64,000 nucleotides of DNA, from contig NC_043009.1 of assembly GCF_006345805.1 (NCBI RefSeq), positions 57,412,001 through 57,476,000 of the forward strand, written 5' to 3'. Of this stretch, positions 24,901 to 36,799 are shown piece after piece. The notes beneath the pieces are model-generated. The model was not told the DNA's origin. It worked only from the letters and a program-made list of their open reading frames with translations, and ran no database searches. How positions within the stretch are numbered: position 1 is the first letter of the stretch; each line of letters starts with the position of its first letter. The DNA comes from Octopus sinensis. Lineage: Eukaryota. The position numbers and the translations under genes were made by a program.

Positions 24901-25069
24901 TTGCAGGTTGAGATAGGGTTTGCTATTTTGATGTTAGTTATTGCTTACCGTTGTTGTTGTCTTCTTTTTCTTCCAATCAGGACTCATGCCATTAGCCACA
25001 AAGAATAATCTCTAATTCGAGCTTACTCTAAGCTACTAAGAATACATGCGGCAACTTGAAGATCCACCC

Positions 25070-25427
25070 ACCACACGCGATAGACTGGCGGTTGCACGGG
25101 CGCGGAAGCTACGTTGCTATCCTCATTCCGTAAACGGTGGCTTTTAACGGATGGAGGGCTGAACCATCCTGGGGTACAGAGGACTAGGGTCTGAAAGTTT
25201 ACCACACCATAGTGGGCTACACCATGACTCCTCTGCTTTGTGGCAGAAGTAGGAAGAAAGAGTGAGAGAAAGTTGTGGTGAAAGAGTACAGCGGGGTTCA
25301 CCCCCGCTCCCGCTGGAGTTTTGTGGAGCTTAGCTGTTTTTGCTCAATAAACACTCACTGGGAATCGAAACCGCGTTCTTACGACCGCAAGTCCGCTGTC
25401 CTAACCACTGGGCCATTGCGCCTCCAC
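25070..25427 (-). mobile_element. SINE family C head with a diverged alternative tail
   Basis: ccactgggccattgcgcctccac head, as in the 17740 and 41699 copies. Confidence 0.75.
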
Positions 25428-26074
25428 TGTGTTGCTGTCGTTGTTGTTGCTTCTGTCGTTGTTGTTATTGTGGTAGTGGTAGTGTTAGCGGAGGTGGCAT
25501 GTGTAGCCCCAGAAAATCAGTCCCGATCGAATAGTCCTATTCCTTCGCAAGCATTGGGCCGAAAGAACCAATCTTCATCTCTTCACAGTTAAACACCACG
25601 ATCCCGACTGGCTGAAGATGGTGCATGGATGCAGCATGATAACCTAGATCTATTGTCTTTCCTCTACTATCCGGTCAATTTCTATAACCCCGTAGATACC
25701 GCAGTCTCCGCCATTCAATGATAAACTGTATGAAATGCGGGCTGATAGCCCAAAGACATTGCATTTGTTCCACAGTTCAGTGAATATTATTTATAAGCAC
25801 GCAAATACTGCTCACCCCAAGGTGCAATGACAAATCGTATAGGATGCAGTGTAGCAGTCTGGACATGTTGTACGTTTTCCACCATCCAGTCTCTTTCCGT
25901 ACGCCCGTAGATTTTAGTTGTGGTGGTGGCTTCAGCGGAAGCAATAAAGTTGAACTCGAATGGAACGCGACAGTCGTTGTGCTTTTGTATCTATTTTTGG
26001 TGGAGTGCACAACAAGAGAAGCATTCGAAGCGAGTGAGGTAGGCCATTGAGGTTGCAGCCATTTCTCTATGTAT

Positions 26075-26324
26075 TCTTTTATTCTTTTATTTGTTTCAGT
26101 CATTTGACTGCGGCCGTGCTGGAGCACCGCCTTCAGTCGAGCAAATCGACCCCCAGGACTTATTCTTTGTAAGTCTAGTACTTATTCTATCGGTCTTTTT
26201 TTGCCGAACCGCTAAGTTATGGGGACGTAAACACATCAGCATCGGTTGTCAAGCAATAGTGGGGGATACAAACACAGACACATAAACACACACACACACA
26301 CACACACACACAACACACACACAA

Positions 26325-26361
<37 letters not shown>

Positions 26362-26543
26362 CTATATATATATATATACGACGGGCTTCTTTCAGTTTAC
26401 GTCTACCAAATCAACTCACAAGGCTTTGGTTGGCTCGTGGCTATAGTTGAAGACACTTGCCCAAGGTGCCACGCAGTGGGACTGAACCCGGAACCATGTG
26501 GTTGGTAAGCAAGCTACTTACCACATAGCCACTCCTGCGCCTA
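26075..26543 (-). mobile_element. SINE family A, full length
   Basis: Matches family A. Confidence 0.9.
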
Positions 26544-26639
26544 TTATGTTTTTTTATGTTTGTCTGTGCAGATAAACTTCAAATGATTGTTCTGAAATGT
26601 CGTCCCTGCTAATTCGCTTCTATTTGGTCATTTTTTCTA

Positions 26640-27240
26640 TAATAGGCACAAGGCCTGAAATTTTATGGACAGGGTCTAGTCGATTATATCGACTCCAGCA
26701 CCCCACTGGTACGCGTTTTAACCACCTTGAAAGGATGAAAGGCAAAGTCGATCTCTGTAGAATTTCAATTCAGAACGTATACACGCACGAAATGCCGCAA
26801 AGCATTTTGCCCGGCGTGATAACAATTCTGCCAGCTCGCTGTTTGTTTAAATACTGACATCAAATTCTTGTACAAGGCCAGCAATTTCGGGAGAGGGATT
26901 AAATCGATTAAATCGACCCCAGTGTTCAGGGAGCTCGAAAGGTTGAAAGGCAAAGTCGAGGTCGGCGGATTTTGGACTCAGAACGTGTTGTCCGGGGTGC
27001 TAACGATTCTGTCGCCTTTTATGTATTGCTTTAAAATTTTGGCTCAAAGGCAGCAATTTTGGGGTTAAAGGGCTTATCGACCCCAGTACTCAACATGTAC
27101 TTATTTCATTGACCCCAGAAGGACGAAAGGCAAAATCGACCTCAGCTGAATTTGGACTCAGAACGTGAAGACGGACAAAATGCCACTAAGCATTTTGTCC
27201 GGCGTGCTAACGATTCTGCCAGCTTACCACCCTTCTTGTA
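26640..27240. mobile_element. Cluster of degenerate SINE family B copies
   Basis: Repeated gaaaggatgaaaggcaaagtcga...gaactcagaacgt motifs. Confidence 0.75.
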
Positions 27241-27669
27241 TTTGATACATACACCATCGTCGAAGGAATTTTCCTTTAGGCTATTCCTTGCTCCATTGTC
27301 TAAGGTTGTGGATCAGTTCTGTCTCTTTTCTTCTCCCAGCTTCAATGAGAGTTACTCATCGAATTCTGCTCATCTTTTGGATATGTTACTCGACACTGAG
27401 GACAATGGCTGTGTGGTCATCGCGGTTTTGGTACTTAACTGCTCTAGCCCTGCCCAGTCTCAAGAACAATTTATGATACACCCTACAGGCATCAATTTTG
27501 CACTGAAATTCTGTATTTTTTTTCTTTTCAGTGTTATTTGTAGTAGTATTGTTGTGTGCCATATGTCAATGCCCTAAGTTTGGGTACGGCTATTTTCAAT
27601 AAAAAGTCTCAATAAAGAAGAAAAATTGGCAAAACCTCCTATATTATACAATGTAGCATGTTCACACCA

Positions 27670-27834
27670 CACATACGTATATATATAAATATATATACAT
27701 ACACATATACATACACATATACTTACATATATACATACAGATACACACACACACACACACACATATATACATATGTGCATTCATATATACAGACATATAA
27801 ACATACACACACACACACACATATATATAAATAT

Positions 27835-27865
<31 letters not shown>

Positions 27866-28030
27866 ATATATATAATATATATATACACATATAAACACGT
27901 ATACACACATATAAGCATATACATACAGATATACATATATGCATACTCATATACACGCACATACAAGCATGTGCATACACATATGCACACATATATACAT
28001 ACACATTCTCACACATATGCAAGCATATAT
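27670..28030. repeat. (TA)/(CA)/(TACA) compound microsatellite
   Basis: Directly visible. Confidence 0.95.
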
Positions 28031-28473
28031 ACAGCCCGCAGTAAACAAAACACAAGAGCTACAGAGAAGGTCAGTCATGTGGTTTGTCGACCTGCTAAAA
28101 ATAGCAGGGCCAATATCCCTGAAATGATACTTGATCGTCTTAAAAAAAATAGAAGAAAAACAAAAAGGACACAGTTCTTAATGTAGTTTTGGGCAATATT
28201 CTTGAAAAAGAAAGAAAGAATTGGTAATGTTTTGAATGTTTTTAGTTATAAGTTTGCTTGATCAGGATTGACCCGGAACTAAAAACAGCACAACATACCC
28301 CATAGAAAAAAATATGACAAAAAAACAAAAATAAGCAAAGGATATATACAAAGAGGAAGGTAATAGAAATAGATTCACAAATTTGCAAAACTGGAGAAAA
28401 AGTTACCATCATTTAATATTTCGGGTTAAACAAGTCCTAATCAGGAATTGGGAACTGTATAATTTGAAGCATT

Positions 28474-28795
28474 GAAGGCTCGTGGCTTAGTGGTAAGAGA
28501 CATTCGGTTCACGATTGTAAAGTCATGAGTTCGATTCCCGACGGCGCGTTGTGTTCTTGAGCAAGACTCCCTATTTCACGCTGCTTCAGTCCACTCAGCT
28601 GGCAAAAATGAGTTGTACCTGTAATTAAAAGGGCCAGCCTTGTCACACTCTGTGTCACGCTGAATCTCCCTTATAATTACGTTAAGGGTGCACGTGTCTG
28701 TGGAGTGCTCAGTCACTTGCACGTTAATTTCACGAGCTCGCTGTTCCGTTGATCGGATCAACTAGAATGTTCGTCATCGTAACCGACGGAGTACC
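28474..28795 (+). mobile_element. SINE family D, full length
   Basis: A box GTGGCTTAGTGG, B box GAGTTCGATTCCC, CORE-like gtgttcttgagcaagac...ccactcagctg, tail ...gtaaccgacggagt. Confidence 0.88.
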
Positions 28796-29252
28796 AGTTA
28801 ATTTAAACCACAAAGAAATCCATTTGTATTTCATTCATAAATTGTTAACCATTAATAAAAACAGTAAAACCATCATACTTTTCAGAGATAAACATACGTA
28901 GACTGTTGCGAAGTAGAGTGGATTGGATTTGGGATATCAATGCGGAAAATAAAAAAGCAGCTGAAAGTCGAGAAATTCACAACAATTGGGCGTTTTAAAC
29001 AATATTTATTGCTTCAGTAATAAATATTGTAAGATAATGACGGTTTTTACAAAAAGGTCTTTGAAAGGAGCAGAAACGGGTATATTCTGACATTGACAGC
29101 CAGTTAGGGTTTCAGGGTCAATTAGTGAATAGTTTCCAGAATAAATTCTGTCTTTGTTCTTCTAGCAATTGATACTCTTCATTATGCCGTACTCTCTTTT
29201 AAATGCATAAGGTTTGTTCTTACTGCGAACAAATATATAAGAAGATATATAT

Positions 29253-29386
29253 ATATACTTTATTAAAAAGCAGCAAAATTATCACAAAATCTGTTACTCA
29301 AGAGTTTCACATTCCCGTTTGTCTGACGGTTTTGTTTAGAATGTAACAGCTTTTGTGATATTTTTGCTGCTTTTAATAAAGCATAT
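29253..29386. repeat. Inverted repeat (44-bp arms) of a PLE-like terminal fragment
   Basis: atatactttattaaaaagcagcaaaattatcacaaaatctgttac / gtaacagcttttgtgatatttttgctgcttttaataaagcatat; related single copy near 10172-10240. Confidence 0.85.
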
Positions 29387-29515
29387 TACTCTACCTTTGG
29401 TATTCGAGTACTATTTTTTCCACCTTGTTCGCATTTATGTGCTCACTCTGGTATATATATATGTATATATATTATATATATATAATATATATATTATATA
29501 TATATATATAATATA

Positions 29516-29556
<41 letters not shown>

Positions 29557-29951
29557 TCAATGTTATCTGTGATGAGCCTTATTTTATTCTTTTCCGGACG
29601 AGCTTATCTCTGGAGATGCCTAAACACCAGGAGTATTTGGCCCATACAGGGGCAGTCATATCATAGATGATTTTGGGCAGTCATGCCATAGAATACTCTT
29701 GGTCCTTAATGCTAAGGATTACCTGAATAGTCCGGTTGATCATATCCATCCCATAGTTCAAACGTTGTCGCTCAATCTTACAAGAGGATAACTCACCGAC
29801 TCACACATTAATGTCCCCAGAGTACAACAGTGAAGTGGACAAATTGCATCTCAATATAATTAAACATTTATGATGCCTTTAGAAGCAGCAAGAGAGGAAC
29901 TACCTCCCTTCCATCGTCAATGAAAGAGCTAAAACAAGTTTTATTAGCAGA

Positions 29952-30345
29952 CTAGCAGTATCGCCCGGCGTTGCTCGGGTTTGTAAGGGAAATAACTATA
30001 AAGCATTTTTAGAGAGTTATAGCCAAAAAATAGCCAAAAAATAGCCAAAAAATGGAAAAAAAATTATGGTAATTTCTTTTTTGAGTTAAAACGGTCGAGT
30101 TGCGTCCCCTAGACAGTCTGTGGTTTGTGTTTCTGATTCTCGACCCCATGTCGAATTTATCGATTTTTTTCAGAACTGGGGGAACTTTTCAAAATTTTCT
30201 CTGCGTTAGTTTTGAATTATGACATTGGGCTATGTGTGTGTTAAGTTTCATCAGAATCGGTTGAAAGCCGTGGTCAGGGTGAGGGTACAACCTAACAGAC
30301 ACACAGAAACACACACAGACAAACTGCCGTTTATATAGAGAGAGA
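29952..30345 (-). mobile_element. Helitron-type non-autonomous element, complete
   Basis: Minus strand A|TCTCTCTCTATATAAAC...CCCGAGCAACGCCGGGCGATACTGCTAG|T: TC start, 3' hairpin + CTAG, inserted at AT. Confidence 0.85.
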
Positions 30346-30797
30346 TTAGCTCAAAATTCCCCTAAATGCTACTCAGAACGTCAACGTTTTAGAGTTCTGA
30401 TGCCAAAGGTGGACTAACACCATATTAAAAAAAACCCTTTCTACTCTAGACCAATGACTGAAATTTTAGGGGAGGGTGTCAGTCGATACATCAACCCCAG
30501 AACACGACTGGTACTTAATTTATCGACCTTGAAAGGATGAAATGCAAAGTCGACCTCGCCGGCATTTGAACTCAGAACGTAAAGACGGACGAAATGCCGC
30601 CATTTTTTTTACCTCGGTGTTTAACGATTCTGCCAGCTTGCCGCCTTAACTCCATATCAAATAATCTTTCTATGTATGTATATATGTATTATGTATGTAT
30701 GTATGTATGTAGTATGTTATGTATGTATGTATGTATGTATGTAATGTATGTATGTGTATATGTACGTATGTACGTACGTATATGTGTGGTATATAAC

Positions 30798-30872
<75 letters not shown>

Positions 30873-31312
30873 GGAAGAGAGAGAGAGAGAAGAGAGAGAA
30901 GAGAGAGAGAGAGAGATCAATGTTATCTGTGATGAGCCATTATTTTATTCTTTTCCGGACGAGCTTATCTCTGGAGATGCCTAAACCAGGAGTATTTGGC
31001 CCATACAGGGGCAGTCATATCATAGATGATTTTGGGCAGTCATGCCATAGAATACTCTTGGTCCTTAATGCTAAGGATTACCTGAATAGTCCGGTTGATC
31101 ATATCCATCCCATAGTTCAAACGTTGTCGCTCAATCTTACAAGAGGATAACTCACCGACTCACACATTAATGTCCCCAAGAGTACAACAGTGAAGTGGAC
31201 AAATTGCATCTCAATATAATTAAACATTTATGATGCCTTTAGAAGCAGCAAGAGAGGAACTACCTTCCCTTCCATCGTCAATGAAAGAGCTAAAACAAGT
31301 TTTATTAGCAGA

Positions 31313-31703
31313 CTAGCAGTATCGCCCGGCGTTGCTCGGGTTTGTAAGGGAAATAACTATAAAGCATTTTTAGAGAGTTATAGCCAAAAAATAGCCAAAA
31401 AATAGCCAAAAAATGGAAAAAAAATTATGGTAATTTCTTTTTTGAGTTAAAACGGTCGAGTTGCGTCCCCTAGACAGTCTGTGGTTTGTGTTTCTGATTC
31501 TCGACCCCATTTCGAATTTATCGATTTTTTCAGACTGGGGGAACTTTTCAAAATTTTCTCTGCGTTAGTTTTGAATTATGACATTGGGCTATGTGTGTGT
31601 TAATTTTCATCAGAATCGGTTGAAACCGTGGTCAGGGTGAGGGTACAACCTAACAGACACACAGAAACACACACAGACAAACTGCCGTTTATATAGAGAG
31701 AGA
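31313..31703 (-). mobile_element. Helitron-type element (duplicate copy)
   Basis: Same as 29952-30345. Confidence 0.85.
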
Positions 31704-32040
31704 TTAGCTCAAAATTCCCCTAAATGCTACTCAGAACGTCAACGTTTTAGAGTTCTGATGCCAAAGGTGGACTAACACCATATTAAAAAAAACCCTTTCT
31801 ACTCTAGACACAATGACTGAAATTTTAGGGGAGGGTGTCAGTCGATTACATCAACCCCAGAACACGACTGGTACTTAATTTATCGACCTTGAAAGGATGA
31901 AATGCAAAGTCGACCTCGCCGGCATTTGAACTCAGAACGTAAAGACGGACGAAATGCCGCCATTTTTTTTACCTCGGTGTGTTAACGATTCTGCCAGCTT
32001 GCCGCCTTAACTCCATATCAAATAATCCTTTCTATGTATG

Positions 32041-32074
<34 letters not shown>

Positions 32075-33386
32075 TGTATGTATGTATGTATGATGTATGT
32101 ATGTATGTATGTATGTGTATATGTACGTATGTACGTACGTATATGTGTGTATATACATATATATATATATATATATGTTTAGACATTGTTTTTACTTATA
32201 CGCGTGGGCACAAACACACACGCGCACGCATGCATGCCACCCGTGACTAATTTCTGAGAATATTATCTCGGTATGCGACTTGTGTAACGTTTGCAGGATT
32301 GTCTGCGAGGAAAAGTTCCGTGATCAGTACATGTATTAAACACGTGAAACATTCTCCCCATGGGATTAAACATAACCAAATACACCGCCAAAAACAAGTA
32401 TAAATACCTTCAAACAACAGCTATAAATACATTGAATGGAATTTCCTATCCTGAGATATTACTAAAACATTGCTTCGAGAAATTGCTATCTATGTATCAT
32501 ACTAAATGCATATACGCGATTGATATGCTGGTTAGTGAGGTATTTATTCTGCGATAATATCTCTTATGGACGTACTGTGTTAAAAGAACGCAATAAATAT
32601 CGGAGGGAGATGGAAGTTCGTTCCAGCAGCAGTTAGTGAGAACACTAGGAGCATTTCGGCCTCATTTGGCCTCTTCAATGGCGCATATTCGTAGCCAACC
32701 ACATGCACAGAGGAAAAGTGAAAAATTCTTGTCCGTGTCTGTGACCGGTCGCGAGATCAAAACTAACTTGAGGTAAAGCAACAATCGACTCTAGTAAGCA
32801 GACACCAAGAAATTAAGGGTAAAACATGGTCTTAGACAGCACGATAATCAGTCAATCACCAGCAGAAAGACCACTCCACCCACAGCTGTTCCCCCACATG
32901 TGGGGGAAATACACAGCCAAAAACAAGTACAAATACTTTCAAACAACAGCTATAAATACATTGAATGGAATTTCCAATCCTGAGATATTACTAAAACATT
33001 TCTTTGAGAAATTGCTATCTATGGGCATCTCTTGCTAAAAATGCACTGAATTCATGAATAAAAACCTCAAAAACATTCTCGTCTTCTTGAATATAAAATT
33101 GCTGAACGTATCAAGAAAACTTTATCACATTCCTTCAAAATGAACAGCGCATATATATCAGCTAATAAGATTTCGCTATTGCTGCAGATTTCTTTCCCGG
33201 TGAATGCACATCCTTAACATAAGAAAGAGTACACCAAAAAGACTGGCTTTATTCTTTAGAAGTAGGAAATACTCCATCCTACAGCTATGACTAAACCTTT
33301 GTAAATCCTGTACGAGAGCACAGTGGCACACTACTGCAATATCCGGGACGATACTTCAACTACAAAAGTGTACATATATCTACACA

Positions 33387-33463
<77 letters not shown>

Positions 33464-33511
33464 TGCACACACAGACACACACACACACAGACACACACAC
33501 ACACAGAGCTC

Positions 33512-33563
<52 letters not shown>

Positions 33564-33582
33564 ATAATATATATAATATATA

Positions 33583-33920
33583 TATAAAATATTATTTGAG
33601 ACAAAACCACTATTTTGCAAAACAAACAAGGAAAGACTTAATCAATACATAAAATTTAATAAATAGTCAAAAAAACCGCCACTACAATCGTTTGTTGTCT
33701 TGATCGACAATCTTCAGGTGGACTTCCAATAATTCAGTTACAAATTATGACTTCATAATTTGTAACTGAATTATTGGAAGTCCACCTGAAGATTGTCGAT
33801 CAAGACAAGAAACGATTGTAGTGGCGGTTTTTTTGACTATTTATTAAATTTTATGTATTGATTAAGTCTTTCCTTGTTTGTTTTGCAAAATAGTGGTTTT
33901 GTCTCAAATAATATTTTATA
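33583..33920. repeat. Near-perfect palindrome, 168-bp arms, 2-nt spacer (inverted PLE-like termini)
   Basis: Arms 33583-33750 and 33753-33920; one mismatch (33694 vs 33809). Confidence 0.95.
33782..33824 (+). ncRNA. Minimal type I hammerhead ribozyme
   Basis: CCAC-CTGAAGA-TTGTC(GATCAA)GACAA-GAAAC-GATT-GTA-GTGG: all core bases present, stem I CCAC/GTGG, self-complementary stem III. Confidence 0.8.
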
Positions 33921-34027
33921 ATATTTTACTATAAAATTGGATTTAATCCTAAATCTGATTTTTTTTTCCTGTAAATTTGGATATATTCCCTAATATTTAT
34001 TATTTATATATATATATATATATATAA

Positions 34028-34425
34028 CAGCCAAACTCAAACCGCTAAATAATTGTAATTCTGAAATAGAAAGAGAATTATAAAAAAACGTTTACCCCTT
34101 TCATCTCTGGACTATGCATAGTTTCGGCAAACTTAGGCAAATAAATTAATTAAATTAAATTAAATTCATTTACATCTGGCGTGCCTCGTCAGCAGAGAGC
34201 CTAGGACGAGTATATGTCCACGAGGCTATGGTAAAGAAGCCTCCAGTCCATATGCTCTAAATTTTCAAAATTCTACCGCAATCGCGCGGTCTTCTCAGCA
34301 GCAAATATAAACTGCTGATTTAATTTCAAAATTAGCCAAAAAATCATTAATTAATAAATATAAGGGTATTTTTATTTCTCTTTCTATTTCAGAATTACAA
34401 TTATTTAGCGGTTTGAGTTTGGCTG
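34028..34425. mobile_element. MITE with 50-bp perfect TIRs
   Basis: CAGCCAAACTCAAACCGCTAAATAATTGTAATTCTGAAATAGAAAGAGAA at the left end, its reverse complement at the right; no TSD evident. Confidence 0.8.
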
Positions 34426-34568
34426 CTCTTTCTAGTGAGTCGAATGTCCTATATGGCCATTCCTTATATTGTTGAATGTATATTATATAGTCTTTGACTA
34501 TTTTTTCTTTCTCACTAGACCGCTGGTAGCGGAGAATTTTTTCTGGAATTTTTTGCTACCCATATTTA

Positions 34569-34619
<51 letters not shown>

Positions 34620-34658
34620 TCAAAAATTGTGAAGCAGGACTGTCACCACTACTACATG

Positions 34659-34699
34659 AACCTGAAGATTGCAGAATTTAATGCATGAAAGTACTAGTT
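34659..34699 (+). ncRNA. Minimal type I hammerhead motif
   Basis: AAC-CTGAAGA-TTGCA(GAATTTAA)TGCAT-GAAAG-TA-CTA-GTT; palindromic stem III AGTACT; U-U mismatch at the base of stem II. Confidence 0.6.
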
Positions 34700-34863
34700 A
34701 ATCAGAATGAACATTTAACATTCTATTATTTTATTTTATTTTATTATATTATATTATCTTATATTATATCATTATAAGATTGTAAATAAAACGCGAAAAT
34801 CAGACACGGTTGGAATTCCTTTTACTAATATATTCTTCTATACACAATCACACACACCCGTAT

Positions 34864-35268
34864 ACTCTTTTACTTGTTTCAGTCATGTGACTGCGGCCAT
34901 GCTGGAGCACCGCCTTTAATCGAGCAACTCGACTCCGGAACTTATTCTTTTGTAAGCCCAGTACTTATTCTATCGGTCTGTTTTGCCGAACCGCTAAGTG
35001 ACAGGGACATAAACACACCAGCATCGGTTGTCAACCAATGCTAGAGGGACAAACACAGACACACAAACACACACACGCATACATATATATATATACATAT
35101 ATACGACGGGCTTCTTTCAGTTTCCGTCTACCAAAATCCACTCACAAGGCTTTGGTCGGCCCGAGGTTATAGTAGAAGACACTTGCCCAAGGTGCCACGC
35201 AATGGGACTGAACCCGGAACCACGTGGTTAGTAGACAGGCTACTTACCACACAGCCACTCCTGCGCCT
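34864..35268 (-). mobile_element. SINE family A, full length
   Basis: Matches family A. Confidence 0.9.
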
Positions 35269-35292
35269 ATACACACACACACATATATATAT

Positions 35293-35440
35293 AGGGAGAA
35301 TTCACAGAAAACAAAAGACAAAGACAGGTGGTGTAGACAACAAACAGATGCATTAGTAATCTGCTCGGGAAGTGAAAAAGTCTTTAATGTTTCGAGCCTA
35401 CGCTCTTCCACAGAAAGGAACACAGAAAGAAACAAGGGGA
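35293..35440 (-). mobile_element. Family F copy
   Basis: HHR-like motif at 35382-35417. Confidence 0.7.
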
Positions 35441-35468
35441 CGAAAAGTTCAAAAGGTTCAAAAGCTTC

Positions 35469-35715
35469 ATCACCAAGCTAACATGGCAGTTCAGAAAAAT
35501 AGGATGAATGCTGCCGTTGATTAGCTCGAAGAGGCCATCGCCTCTAGCTAGCTACGTGACACACGAACCTGTGTCCATTATAACCTTCGAACAGGGGATG
35601 TTATAATGGATACAGGTTCGTGTGTCACATAGATAGCTAGAGGCGATGGAATCTTGGAGCTAATCAACGGCAGCATTCGTCCTAATTTTCTGGACTGCCA
35701 TGTTAGCTTGGCGAT
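35469..35715. mobile_element. Fold-back MITE (~115-bp imperfect arms, short loop)
   Basis: atcaccaagctaacatggcag...gtccattataac / gttataatggatac...ctgccatgttagcttggcgat. Confidence 0.85.
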
Positions 35716-35881
35716 AACTATTAATATCCAGTACCGCTGCCGTAGAGACTTAGAAATATTAATATTTCTCTCTCTCTCTCTCTCTCTCTGTATATATATA
35801 TATATATTATATATATATATATAAGTATACTACATACAAGTGGTTTTTGCAAACGGGAAAATAGAATTCTACATAAAAGAG

Positions 35882-35915
<34 letters not shown>

Positions 35916-36060
35916 TGTATGTATGTATGTAGATACATACACGCACTCAAACATCCGTATACACACGTACATAAAACACACACACACACACATACACAGA
36001 TAGGAAGGTATATATATATGTGTGTGTGTGTATAAATATAAATATACACACATACATACC

Positions 36061-36096
<36 letters not shown>

Positions 36097-36331
36097 TATA
36101 TACATATACATACGTGCACATACATGCATAAACATTTGCTTTTTGAGATGTGAGGAAAAAATACTTACTACACCTATTAGGGCTTATATAGTCATTAAAA
36201 TTAAAGATATCCTGCTGTTATTGAGATTTTGGCGTCGTAACAGTATAATTTTACAGCTTTTAAAGCACATACGTATGTAGACCCTATACTTTCACAATTT
36301 CACTCAATGAAAGAAACAAATAAAAGAATAT

Positions 36332-36396
<65 letters not shown>

Positions 36397-36799
36397 GATA
36401 TATTTAATCCACAAGTTGTGGATGCAACTCTTGTGGATATATTTCTTCAGAGAAGTGTCTGAACAGAGCAATCAAAGTCAATCTATGATGGACGACCGAT
36501 ATATACAGACACATATGCACACATACATATGTGCATGTATATTTAAATTTAACCCATTAGAACTAATGAAGGTTGCAAGACTGAGCTTCAAGCAACAAAA
36601 ATTTTGTCTGCTAGTGGAAGTTTGAAAACGTAGTCGAAGTGCAAATAGAATTTAGGAGGGAGTTTCAAACACACCCACCTACGTGACTTATCACCAGTCG
36701 AATTAGAGATAAGTTTAAAACAGATGGAACTGCTTAGAATGTCCCTAAGTACTATTCCTCAAAAACCGCGGTCATCGATAAGCCCCACAAAACAAGTAA

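Larger units (their letters stand above)
29512..32176. repeat. Tandem duplication, two ~1.36-kb units
   Basis: gatcaatgttatctgtgatgagcc at 29555 and 30914; near-identical except for small indels and a few substitutions. Confidence 0.95.

Noticed and set aside
25600-26060. Possible decayed coding sequence (minus strand ...CRVPFEFNFIASAE...)
   Set aside because: Stops present and no motif I can assign with confidence; needs BLASTX/HMM.
27240-27570. Possible R4/Dong-like RT-flanking fragment
   Set aside because: Only weak motif resemblance with multiple stops; not supportable.
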